A stretch of DNA of 64,000 nucleotides, taken from IMG/VR virus record IMGVR_UViG_3300044514_000040; one strand, given 5' to 3'. Position 1 is the first letter of the stretch. Every line of letters begins with the position of its first letter. Under the pieces are notes generated by a model, which was not told the DNA's origin, made no database searches, and saw nothing but the letters and a program-made list of their open reading frames with translations. Source of the stretch: a virus. The position numbers and the translations under genes are program-made. Positions 9,431 through 18,218 of the stretch are shown piece by piece.

Positions 9431-9787
9431 ATGACGGTTCGCCTTTTGAATTCGGCTTGTATGCCCGTGCCTGGAACCTACCGCTTATCGGCACTTAAGC
9501 CTGCGCGGTTCGCTAATCTCGTCCGGTACTACACGGAATCCTGTGAGTTGATCTCCTACGTCGGCTACCCGGACGCTTGTCGCATCCTGGAAGAGTTCTG
9601 CGAAGTGCCCATCGCGCTGAACCGCCAGAGCACGCCAGTCGAAGACGGCGATTTGCTTTTGATCGCCCGCCTGAAGTACCGCGTCGGCAACCCAGCCGCC
9701 AAGGGACAAGTACGGGCAACCATCGACGATTACGAATTTTTCAAGTGCTCGTATTCGGCAGCCAGCGAGACGCCAAGCGTTTTGTGA
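9431..9787 (+). CDS. DUF1874 / STIV B116-like protein (AcrIII-1 ring-nuclease family), variant active site
   Basis: RLLNS, SYVGY (family SAxGH), LNR, LKYRV pattern; 118 aa; AGGAG RBS. Confidence 0.65.
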   Translation: MTVRLLNSACMPVPGTYRLSALKPARFANLVRYYTESCELISYVGYPDACRILEEFCEVPIALNRQSTPVEDGDLLLIARLKYRVGNPAAKGQVRATIDDYEFFKCSYSAASETPSVL

Positions 9788-9862
9788 GCGGAGGCGCAAG
9801 CGAATAAGCCGCCTCCCGGCTGCCGCTTTTGTACGTCATCCTGATTGCGGTTCAGAGAACCT

Positions 9863-9884
9863 ACGGCGGGTGACCGCCGTTTTG
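9863..9884 (+). terminator. Possible intrinsic terminator
   Basis: ACGGCGG-GTGA-CCGCCGT followed by TTTGT. Confidence 0.4.
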
Positions 9885-9913
9885 TCCGGCCAGTCATAAT
9901 CACGCCGGAAGCT

Positions 9914-10500
9914 ATCGCCAGATCGTCTGGGGAGTCAGGCTGCAAAGCGGAAGGCAAGCACGATGCGAACCGGATGCAGAGTGGCTTGATGAGTCAGGCG
10001 CGAATGCGAGTGCGACCGGCACCGTCCAGTGCGTTTCGCCTGGGACACGGGAGAGTGACAAGACGAGTAGTTGCTGCGATAAAAGCTGTTGGGGTCGCGC
10101 GTCGCCTTGCGTTTCTTCGGATTGGCTCCAAGCCAATCCTCGAATCCGCGGCTCCTTGCTTTACAACACCTTTTATCTCGTCATCGCGGACACATGTTAC
10201 GAAATTTGGTTCTGTAAACAGGCAAGTATGTTCGGCATCGCAATCGCAACTGAACTGCGGCGCGTGCGGTCTGCGCTTGAAACGGCAAGCGGCCAAGATG
10301 GTCGCCCAACGGGGATGGCGCTGACAGGCAGCGTCTCAGTTCGACAGTCCCGTGCGTTTCGCCGGGGATGTTGAGTGATTGCAAACCTGAGTAGTTGTTC
10401 CGTCTCAAATCCGCCAGGACAATACCCTCACGACTCCGCCATCCAGGCTGCGTCATCGGGTATTGGGTTGGCTGATTCGCTACTCGCATCGCGAACAGGA
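9914..10500 (+). ncRNA. RT-associated multi-unit ncRNA (retron msr/msd-like array)
   Basis: Repeated leader at 10024 and 10347, long hairpins at about 9914-10003, 10078-10177, 10252-10342 and 10408-10477, inverted repeat 9999-10015/10477-10493. Confidence 0.75.
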
Positions 10501-10507
10501 TCGACTG

Positions 10508-11464
10508 ATGAAGACCATCGAAATCAAAAAGCGTTCTGGCGGCGTGCGAACGGTCGTCTGCCCGTCGGCAAAGCGGAAACGAGAAGCACGGGCCATGATT
10601 CCGAAGCTTCAGGCTATCGTTCGCGCCGTCTGTGATTTAGACGTGACGCACGGATTTTGTGAGTTAAGGTCGCCGATTACTAATGCCGCCAGACACGTCG
10701 GCTACCAATTCACGTTGAGCTTCGACCTTGCCGACTTCTTCGACACCGTGAAGGCCGACAGACACGGCGGCGCGATCAAGTCCAAGGTGCTCGCGAGTGA
10801 GTGGCCGCACCTGTGGCACGACGGGGTTGCCAAGCAGGGACTACCGACAAGCCCGATTATCGCCAACATCGCGGCGGCCGGGATGGACGCAAACATCCTC
10901 GCCATCACGCATGATGCTAACGTGGCACAAGTCAACTTGCGATTTGCGTATACCCGTTACGGTGACGATCTGGCCATGTCGTTCAACCACGCGCCGCTCG
11001 CCGAAGTTCTGACACGGCGAGTAACGCAAATCGTCAATGATTGCGGCTTTAAGGTCAACGATCGCAAAACCAAGCTGCAATCCGCGGCCTCCGGTCGAAG
11101 GATTATTTGCGGCGTGGCCGTCGATGACCACGGCATCTACCCCACGCGGGCCTTGAAACGCCGCTTACGCGCCGCCATACACAATGCCAAGACAGGTAAG
11201 GTCAAGCACTTCCCGCGAAGGCAGTGGACACGGTACACGAAGCAGTGCAAGCACCACGGACGGACTCGACTGCCGAAGCAAGTCTGGTTACGGAGATGGC
11301 TCCATGCTCGCGTCCGTGGCCTTCAGGAATGGGCGAAGCTCAAGATGCCGAGCGTGGGACGGAGAAGTGCCGCCAGAATCGTCGAGACGTATGAAGCGGG
11401 GCAAGCCTTGGTCGAAATCTCTCAAAGGAAACCATGCCATGAAGAACACACCGTTCGTAGCTGA
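10508..11464 (+). CDS. Retron-type reverse transcriptase (318 aa)
   Basis: HGF, NAARH (retron region X NAxxH), DLADFFD, QGLPTSP, YTRYGDDL, ICG (VTG-like region Y). Confidence 0.92.
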   Translation: MKTIEIKKRSGGVRTVVCPSAKRKREARAMIPKLQAIVRAVCDLDVTHGFCELRSPITNAARHVGYQFTLSFDLADFFDTVKADRHGGAIKSKVLASEWPHLWHDGVAKQGLPTSPIIANIAAAGMDANILAITHDANVAQVNLRFAYTRYGDDLAMSFNHAPLAEVLTRRVTQIVNDCGFKVNDRKTKLQSAASGRRIICGVAVDDHGIYPTRALKRRLRAAIHNAKTGKVKHFPRRQWTRYTKQCKHHGRTRLPKQVWLRRWLHARVRGLQEWAKLKMPSVGRRSAARIVETYEAGQALVEISQRKPCHEEHTVRS

Positions 11465-11819
11465 TTACGCCGCCACCGACCACGAAGCCATTGTGGACTT
11501 CGTGCGCACGGAGCTTCATTCTTTCCCGCTCACCAAAGCCGAAGCTTGCGTCCTGTGCGACGCCAACAACGGAGCCATGTTGTTCCCGGACTATTGCTGG
11601 ACTGGCTTGGCGGCGAACATCGAAGACACGCCGGCTTCCAGCCTGTCTGAGAAGTGGGGCTGCGACGCGATGGAGTTGGCGCGTAAGGTTTCTGCCGCCA
11701 GCCGCGCTACACAGTTCTGCGTGGCCTACGCGGTCGCTCAGTTCTGGCGCAACTGCGAACGCGATATTGATGAGCTGTTACCGGAGTGTGGGTTCAGGAT
11801 CGTGGAGGTCACACTATGA
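11439..11819 (+). CDS. Hypothetical protein overlapping the RT 3' end
   Basis: AAGGA RBS, MKNTPF..., 126 aa. Confidence 0.75.
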   Translation: MKNTPFVADYAATDHEAIVDFVRTELHSFPLTKAEACVLCDANNGAMLFPDYCWTGLAANIEDTPASSLSEKWGCDAMELARKVSAASRATQFCVAYAVAQFWRNCERDIDELLPECGFRIVEVTL

Positions 11820-12127
11820 AGCGTAACCTCAGCCTCGCATACTACGCCAGTCAAGATGGCAAAGGCGGTAGTTCTCATTATGCGGTTAAGGATGGCGAGA
11901 AGACCATCTGCCGCACTACCAGTCAGGTGGCCACAGAACAGGACGAGAAAATGATGCGGTTGTTCACCGCCGCGCCGGAACTTCTGGAAGCCTCCACGCA
12001 ACTGTTGTTGCTACTCGGCTTGCCTCGCGCGACAACGACGAATGCCGATGAAGCCCGTTTCGTGCGCATGCTCAGCGCGGCCATTGCTAAGGCGCGTCAC
12101 GAGCCATGCCTGCTGGAACAATCGTAA
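11816..12127 (+). CDS. Hypothetical phage protein
   Basis: GGAGG RBS, ATGA overlap, AAPELLEA motif common in small phage proteins. Confidence 0.75.
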   Translation: MKRNLSLAYYASQDGKGGSSHYAVKDGEKTICRTTSQVATEQDEKMMRLFTAAPELLEASTQLLLLLGLPRATTTNADEARFVRMLSAAIAKARHEPCLLEQS

Positions 12128-12160
12128 ACAACCGCGCGGCTAAAACCGGTGGTATCCCGC
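12124..12160. mobile_element. Collapsed IS200/IS605 end remnant (single hairpin)
   Basis: GTAAACAACC...GGCTAAAACC...GTATCCCGC joins features of both ends of the 41809-43048 element. Confidence 0.55.
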
Positions 12161-12262
12161 TTCCCCCTCCACAGGATTAAGAGTGGCATTTTTGCCGTGT
12201 TTTTGCGGTGAGGAAAAAGTTTCCTCACCGTGCGCGAACTCCGAACGACAAGAGGACGATCT

Positions 12263-13522
12263 ATGCGATTAGTCTTAATGACCTGCCTGAATTGCGAAGC
12301 GCGCCAGCAGATTCTACGGCACCACCTGCTGCACGCTGCCCAACCAAGATGCTCACAGTGCGGCGGTCCGCTTGAACTCTCAGAGGCCGCCAAGCAATCG
12401 CTGGCGGCTACGCAGTCGGCGAAGCGCGGACACGCCAAGCCGAAACCATCCAAGCAACCGCGTGTGATTGAGTGCCGCGTGCCGCGCAAGGACAGCATCA
12501 AGTGCGACTTCTGGATGCACCCGACAACATTCCGACTGTGCCAAACTGCCGACGATCCAGAGTTGCGCGAGATGGCCAAGCAATGTGACGCCGAACAGTT
12601 CTACAACAAGGTACGAGAGCTAAGAGTCTGGCAGAATGCGTTTGCGGCGTCAGATTCTGACCGTGAAATGGGCGACATCTTGGCACAGATGGAGCAAGAC
12701 TTCCATCGACAAGGTTGTGTGTACTACAAGGTTTATCCATCGCTGGCCTTCGCACTTTGCCATACGGAAATGCGAGTAGCCAGCGAACGCTTCAACGTGC
12801 CATTCTCGTCCTTTGAAGTTCGGCTGCCGAAGGTCGCCGAAGATAACCCGTTGGAACACGGCATCGGCGCCTGCATTGTGAGTCACGTGCATCACGATTG
12901 CGTGCCGCCAGAGATGGGAGTCACGGCGAAGGATCGCTGCCTGCTGCTGATGTGGTTTCGCAATCTGGAGGATTTCACCTGGGGCAACGCCAGGGACTCT
13001 GGATTCCACTTCGCCGAGCTTGTGTTGCGGGACAACGGCACCGTAGAAGATGCGGTATTGGATTACCGGCAGCGGCACAAGATGGGTCACGAAGGATTGC
13101 TGACAGACATCAGCGCGTTACTGCGGATAGTCGTCGGGACATGCTTCTTTGCCGTCGATAACCATGAGTGCATCATGCCGGACCTGCCGCGCAAGGTGGT
13201 GGAAAAGTACTGGTCCGACAAAGCCAAAGGTGAACACGCTAAAGCCGCGCATCAAGTACAACGAGCCATCGCTGAATCCGTGGGCTGGACTGTGGGGAGA
13301 GAGATCGACCTGCCGACGACGGAGTACCGCTACCTGCATCGCGCCGCAAGTGAAGGTGGACATCGGGAGTTGAGCCAAGGACATTTGCGCCGCGGCCACA
13401 TGAAAATGCAGCCGTGCGGAGAACAATCAAAGGATCGCAAATTGATATTTGTCGCGCCGACGATTGTGCGACCGGATCTTCCGCTACGCGCCAGCCACGG
13501 ATATCGGCTTCGAGTTCGCTGA
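12263..13522 (+). CDS. Hypothetical protein with N-terminal zinc ribbon and C-terminal HxRRGH motif
   Basis: CLNC...CSQC; GHLRRGHMK...RKLIFVAP. Confidence 0.75.
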   Translation: MRLVLMTCLNCEARQQILRHHLLHAAQPRCSQCGGPLELSEAAKQSLAATQSAKRGHAKPKPSKQPRVIECRVPRKDSIKCDFWMHPTTFRLCQTADDPELREMAKQCDAEQFYNKVRELRVWQNAFAASDSDREMGDILAQMEQDFHRQGCVYYKVYPSLAFALCHTEMRVASERFNVPFSSFEVRLPKVAEDNPLEHGIGACIVSHVHHDCVPPEMGVTAKDRCLLLMWFRNLEDFTWGNARDSGFHFAELVLRDNGTVEDAVLDYRQRHKMGHEGLLTDISALLRIVVGTCFFAVDNHECIMPDLPRKVVEKYWSDKAKGEHAKAAHQVQRAIAESVGWTVGREIDLPTTEYRYLHRAASEGGHRELSQGHLRRGHMKMQPCGEQSKDRKLIFVAPTIVRPDLPLRASHGYRLRVR

Positions 13523-13704
13523 TTTTCGTGGCAATTGCTAGGTTTTTATGGCGTTACGCCGACTCCCACTGTGAGACTCACGTGGACGGAGACTAAAATC
13601 CGTCGGCAGTGTTGTGGCGTGGTACGGTTCAATCCCGCGTCGCGCCTGCCGGCGGATGTTTTTTCGTGCCTTTTGCTTGGTTTTTTTGAAAGGAACTCGA
13701 TTTT

Positions 13705-13917
13705 ATGCTGAAGATTCTGACGTTATTTGTCTTTTTCGTCGTCGTAGCGGCTGTGTTATCACTGCTGATGGCGTGGCCGTTCATGTGGCTGTGGAACTAC
13801 GCTGTCGTCTCGGCGCTGACGGTCGCCAAGCCGATTGGTTACTGGGTGGCGTTCTGGCTGCTGATGTTTGTGTCGTTGTTCATCGCCGGCTCGGCAAGTC
13901 GCGCTAGTAAGTCGTAA
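13705..13917 (+). CDS. Small membrane protein
   Basis: AAGGA RBS, two hydrophobic segments. Confidence 0.75.
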   Translation: MLKILTLFVFFVVVAAVLSLLMAWPFMWLWNYAVVSALTVAKPIGYWVAFWLLMFVSLFIAGSASRASKS

Positions 13918-13921
13918 ACAA

Positions 13922-14185
13922 ACAGACGGAGAGTGAACCCAGTCAACGACCGCCAGCTAAAGCAGGCGGCTTGTGGAAGGGCCAACACAACGCAAGCGTT
14001 GACTACAGGACTTTGACGTGACACGACAAAGTAAACCAACGACGGGCTATCAAGCACGGCAGAATACTTCTCTAGTTCTGCCCACTGCTGGCTGCGCCCA
14101 AGCCGACGAACCGCTAGGTTCTAAGCCTGTCGCTGCACCTGGAAGAGAGAATACGGGCGACCGGACCCGGCCGCATGTCGGCATT
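13922..14185 (+). ncRNA. Putative omegaRNA of IsrB (5' guide from the flank, scaffold from 13942)
   Basis: GTCAAC...GTTGAC pairing and position upstream of the PLMP-like motif, as in IscB/IsrB loci; boundaries approximate. Confidence 0.65.
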
Positions 14186-15224
14186 CATCCGGTCTACGTG
14201 TTGGGCGTTGACGGGCAACCGCTGACGCCCACCACGCCTTGCCGGGCACGGAAGCTGTTGGCCGCTGGGGTGGCCGTGAAGATTTGGAGTAAGTTCGGCA
14301 CGTTCGGGATTCGGATGCTTGTTGCCACGCGGGACAAGACACAGTTGACCACGCTCGGCTACGACTGTGGAACGAAGTTCGAGGGCATGTCGGTCATCGT
14401 CGGCAACGAGAATGTGCTGAACGTCAAACTCGACTTGCCTGACAAAGCCAAGATCGTCCGCAAGTTGGAAGAACGGAGGACGCTCAGGCGAGCACGGCGG
14501 CATCGCCACTGCCGCCGCCGACCTTGCCGTTCAAATAATCGTAGCCGCGAAGGATTTCTCGCACCCAGCCAACGTGTCATCGTGCAATCGCGGCTGAAAG
14601 TTCTTGCCGAGTTGTGCCGCATCTATCCTGTGACGCTGGCCGGAATCGAAGACGTGCGGTTCAACCACGCGGCCAACCGCTGGGGTGCAAACTTTTCCAC
14701 GGTCGAAGTCGGCAAGCAAATGATCCGGCAGTGGTTTAGCGATCATCACGTTACGGTCACCGAATACCGTGGCTTCGAGACTAAAGAGCTTCGCCAGCAG
14801 TACGGCTACCGAAAGATCAAGGACAAGTCTGCCGACCGCTTTGAAGCCCACTGTTGCGATTCGCTGGCCTTAGCATGCGAAGTAGGCATCGGCGAGCATG
14901 TCGCACCTGGACCGCTCGTCATCGTAGACGACACGTATCGTCCGGTTCGCCGCAAACTACATGACACGCAACCGGCATGCGGCGGCATCCGTGAACGCTA
15001 TTCGACAGGCACTGTCGCTGGACTTCGTAAAGGTCTGTTGATCGGCACCAAGACTCGTACTGGTCGCTTGTGTGGAATCATCAACGGCTCTTTGCGTTAT
15101 CACGACCAACACGGCAAGCGGCAGGCCATTAAGTCTGCCGCCTGGATCAGTTCCCAGTTTATCACCAGAAAGAGCGGCGATTCCGCTGTCGCTTGAAAGC
15201 GACAGTCCCCTCGCCGAAGAAATT
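13942..15224 (+). mobile_element. IS200/IS605-superfamily element carrying isrB, no tnpA
   Basis: Left end GTCAACGACCGCC-AGCTAAAGC-AGGCGG hairpin; right end GCGGCGATTCC-hairpin-CCTCGCCG. Confidence 0.8.
14018..15196 (+). CDS. isrB: IsrB (IscB-like, HNH-less RNA-guided nickase); true start probably near 14190
   Basis: VYVL...GQPLTPT (PLMP), RuvC-I GYDCG, Arg-rich bridge helix, RuvC-II IEDV, RuvC-III HCCD; no HNH insertion. Confidence 0.85.
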   Translation: MTRQSKPTTGYQARQNTSLVLPTAGCAQADEPLGSKPVAAPGRENTGDRTRPHVGIHPVYVLGVDGQPLTPTTPCRARKLLAAGVAVKIWSKFGTFGIRMLVATRDKTQLTTLGYDCGTKFEGMSVIVGNENVLNVKLDLPDKAKIVRKLEERRTLRRARRHRHCRRRPCRSNNRSREGFLAPSQRVIVQSRLKVLAELCRIYPVTLAGIEDVRFNHAANRWGANFSTVEVGKQMIRQWFSDHHVTVTEYRGFETKELRQQYGYRKIKDKSADRFEAHCCDSLALACEVGIGEHVAPGPLVIVDDTYRPVRRKLHDTQPACGGIRERYSTGTVAGLRKGLLIGTKTRTGRLCGIINGSLRYHDQHGKRQAIKSAAWISSQFITRKSGDSAVA

Positions 15225-15899
15225 ATGGCTGAACCACTTTACACACGCTGGCGTCCGAAGTCGTTCTCGGAAGTCGCTGGGCAATCCAAGGCACTGCAAA
15301 CCTTGGACGCTATCCGGCGAACTGAAGGCTCGTTCATCGGCAGCGCCTTCCTGATCGTCGGATGCAGTGGTCTTGGAAAGAGCACGCTCGCCAAGCTGAT
15401 CTGCGCGGAAGCCTGCGAAGACTCGTGTGTCACGGTGATCGGAGGCAGGAAGCTCAAGACGGAAGAACTGGACGACATCTTTGAACGATTTCAGGGCCGG
15501 CCGCTCTTCGGAAACGGCTGGGGCGTAATCGTCGAAGAAGCACATCAACTTCATGGGCACATCATCGACGACCTGAAAGTGGTCCTCGAAGATCAAGCTG
15601 TTCAGCGCACGTCCGTCTGGTGCTTTACGTCCACACCAGCGGAACTTCAGAGCAAGTCCCTGTTCGGCGGTGAAGAGGCGGCGGCCGGCTTGCCGTTCCT
15701 GTCGCGGTGTCACGTGCTACACTTGGACTGCGGGGAACAGGCGACGCTGGACTTTGCCTTGCGTCTGAAGGCGATTGCCACGGCAGAGTCGCTCGATGGT
15801 AAGTCCGTGACGGAGTACGTGCGGATGGTACGTGACAACCGCTGGAACTTACGGGCGTGCCTGCAGAAAATATCCGAAGGGGAAATGAGAGCATCCTGA
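15225..15899 (+). CDS. Clamp-loader-like AAA+ ATPase (DnaX/RFC type, short)
   Basis: LYTRWRPKSFSEVAGQ, Walker A GCSGLGKST, EEAH, SRC motif. Confidence 0.85.
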   Translation: MAEPLYTRWRPKSFSEVAGQSKALQTLDAIRRTEGSFIGSAFLIVGCSGLGKSTLAKLICAEACEDSCVTVIGGRKLKTEELDDIFERFQGRPLFGNGWGVIVEEAHQLHGHIIDDLKVVLEDQAVQRTSVWCFTSTPAELQSKSLFGGEEAAAGLPFLSRCHVLHLDCGEQATLDFALRLKAIATAESLDGKSVTEYVRMVRDNRWNLRACLQKISEGEMRAS

Positions 15900-15903
15900 C
15901 ACG

Positions 15904-15972
15904 GCGCTGGCGGCGCACGTGCGACAGACGGTCCTGCCCCACCGGACTGTTGCACTGCCGCCGGCGCTTTTT
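15904..15972 (+). ncRNA. Conserved hairpin with CCTGCCCC loop, copy 3, followed by a T-run (may also terminate)
   Basis: GCGCTGGCGGCG...CCTGCCCC...TGCCGCCGGCGC-TTTTT. Confidence 0.65.
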
Positions 15973-15984
15973 GGAAAAACGGCT

Positions 15985-16013
15985 TGACGGCGCAAATTTA
16001 TTTTGACATGATG
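15985..16013 (+). promoter_or_regulatory. Sigma70-like promoter
   Basis: TTGACG-N17-CATGAT. Confidence 0.5.
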
Positions 16014-16068
16014 GCTCTTGAACAAAGCCAATGATTGACATGGTCGGAGCACAATTCATGTTGAAATT

Positions 16069-16170
16069 GACGAAGCGTTGGGTGTTGCGGTCTGGTGGGT
16101 TGCGTAAGCGCCTGCCGGGCCGGTCCGACGCGGCCTGTTCAAAGGCCGTGACACCCAACGCTTCGTTTTT
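16069..16170 (+). ncRNA. C4-like antisense RNA with upstream a1/b1 targets
   Basis: ~24-bp closing stem, T-loop-like TGTTCAA complementary to TTGAACA (16018-24), TCCGAC complementary to GTCGGA (16043-48). Confidence 0.6.
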
Positions 16171-16811
16171 CTGTGCGCTTGCCGGTCCATCAACGCGGCG
16201 AGGCCCGTCGCAGTGACGTGACGCTCATCCCGGACAATAGGCGCGCCGGACAAGGCCACGACTCAGTGAGCCAAATGTGCCTGCCATCGAATCCAGTATC
16301 CGCCGGGTTGCGAGTAGTGGCTGTCCGCCAATCAATGACGGTATCCGCGATGCGTCGTAGCATGAGCGAGCCGGGGCACGGCCTACACCGAAAGCAAACA
16401 CCGGACGCACTGCGGCTATGGTGCCGGATGGCGGGTTGCCACGACGGCGACTCGTTACTTGGTAAGGACTGCCACGTCGTGGGGTGGGCTTGAGTTCGGC
16501 GACGTAAAATAACCATGCATGGGATATGGGGTTCTGCGCGCTGAGTACAGAGGTGTGACGAAAATGGATCAACCAACACCGCGACTGGTCGAAGTGTCTA
16601 CGGCTACCAGCGCACGGTCAGACACGGACCAACGGTGCTGTTGAGGGCGGCGATTGCCGAGTTCGGTCCATCTGTTGTTGCAAAGAGGAAAACGTGCGAT
16701 GCCAAGTGAACCCGACGACATCCTGTCATGGCGACTGCACCTTGCCGGAGACTGTGACGTGGATACGTGTCCGCACTGCCTGGACGAAGCGGAATTGGAA
16801 GGAGACGAGCG

Positions 16812-17081
16812 ATGATTACTGTTGGCGGATACGACTTCCCTGAAACAAGCGAGGAAGCCGAGAACTGGAAGCGTGCCATTCGTGTGAACGCCTTATCCAG
16901 CACCGTGCTGGTCGTCGCCACCACGCGACTAGAACGAACTTGGAAGGCGTACTGCGCCGCTGTGCCTGGCGTGAACCACGACAACGAGTGGCAAGCCGTG
17001 TTACGCGAAGGCACGATGCTTCTGGAGCCTGTCGCCCGCGCGATCTTTCCTGAGTTCGATGACGTGCCTTACGCACGCTGA
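16812..17081 (+). CDS. Hypothetical protein
   Basis: AAGGAG RBS. Confidence 0.7.
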   Translation: MITVGGYDFPETSEEAENWKRAIRVNALSSTVLVVATTRLERTWKAYCAAVPGVNHDNEWQAVLREGTMLLEPVARAIFPEFDDVPYAR

Positions 17082-17101
17082 CCTTAACCGGAGATTGAAC
17101 C

Positions 17102-18193
17102 ATGCGCATCGCCTGCGAAACCTCTGAACTGAACCACGCCATGTCCGTCCTGCTGCCCGTCACGGCACGGCCACGGTGCATCAATCCAATCCTCACCACC
17201 GTCAAGGCGACCGCCGCTGACGACACGCTGACGCTCGTGGCGACCGACCTGGAAATCGGCGCGTCAGTCACGATGCCATGCCAAGTCCAGAAACCAGGTC
17301 AGACGCTACTTCCAGCGGCCAGATTCGCGGCGATCTGCAAGAACAGCACGGGCGCGCTGGTCGTGGAGTCCGACGGAGACGCGCGGAACATCGTCTGTCT
17401 CGAACGATCGAAGTTCACGTTGGCCGCCGAGAATCCCGCGGACTTTCCGACGCTGCCGGACATGGAACACGAATCCAACCTAACGCTTCCCGGTGACACG
17501 CTCGGCAAAATGATCCGCCGCACGCTGTTTGCTACTGACAACGACAGCAGCAGATACGCGCTTGGCGGACTGCTCTTTGAAAACGACGGCAAGGGACACG
17601 TGCATGTCGTGGCGACAGACGGTCGCCGCATGGCCAAGGTAACGCACGACACCGATGGCGCGGAGCAATCGTGCATCGTGCCGTCACGAACGGCCAAGAT
17701 CATCGCCAGTGCCATCAAGGGCAACGAGCCGGCGTCGTTCTCGTTCGACGGCGCGGTCTGGTTTCGGCACAACGGCACGCGAATCTACTCGCGCTTCATG
17801 GAAAGCCGCTTCCCGAAGTGGCGAGATGTCATCCCATCCAAGGCTCACGACGCGCACACGTTTGAGCTGCCTGTTGAGCCAATCGCCACGGCCGTCCGCC
17901 ACGCCGCTATCGTTATGGACGCCGAGCAAGCGTGCGGTGTAGAGTTCTCATTCAAAGAAGGTATGCTGACGCTGGACGCCTTGAACGTGGAAGTCGGTCA
18001 GGCGCTGGTCCAAGTGCCGATTCAGGACGGGCCGACGGTAAGCACGTGCCTCGATTATCGGTACGTCGCTGACTTCCTGGCCGTGCTTGATAGTGAGACG
18101 TTCCTGATGACCGTGAGAGACGAGGACTCCGCCGTGCTGCTGGAGCAGGGCGATTACCAGTATGTTGTTATGCCGCTTACTCGCGGCAAGTAA
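17102..18193 (+). CDS. dnaN: DNA polymerase III beta sliding clamp
   Basis: ATDLEI, DFP, RYALGG, VATDGRR, RFPKWR, YVVMP; 363 aa. Confidence 0.95.
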   Translation: MRIACETSELNHAMSVLLPVTARPRCINPILTTVKATAADDTLTLVATDLEIGASVTMPCQVQKPGQTLLPAARFAAICKNSTGALVVESDGDARNIVCLERSKFTLAAENPADFPTLPDMEHESNLTLPGDTLGKMIRRTLFATDNDSSRYALGGLLFENDGKGHVHVVATDGRRMAKVTHDTDGAEQSCIVPSRTAKIIASAIKGNEPASFSFDGAVWFRHNGTRIYSRFMESRFPKWRDVIPSKAHDAHTFELPVEPIATAVRHAAIVMDAEQACGVEFSFKEGMLTLDALNVEVGQALVQVPIQDGPTVSTCLDYRYVADFLAVLDSETFLMTVRDEDSAVLLEQGDYQYVVMPLTRGK

Positions 18194-18218
18194 TCCTCTA
18201 ACGCAAGGAGGCCAAGCC

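Noticed and set aside
9790..10507. CRISPR array or protein-coding ORFs upstream of the RT
   Set aside because: There are no identical 25-45 bp repeats with regular spacers and no cas genes; the track ORFs lack an RBS and protein-like composition.
10463..11464. Group II intron
   Set aside because: No maturase X domain or domain V/VI-like 3' structure was recognised, and the RT is short and retron-like.
14018..15196. Cas9 or HNH-containing IscB
   Set aside because: No HNH domain between RuvC-II and RuvC-III and no CRISPR array; it fits IsrB.
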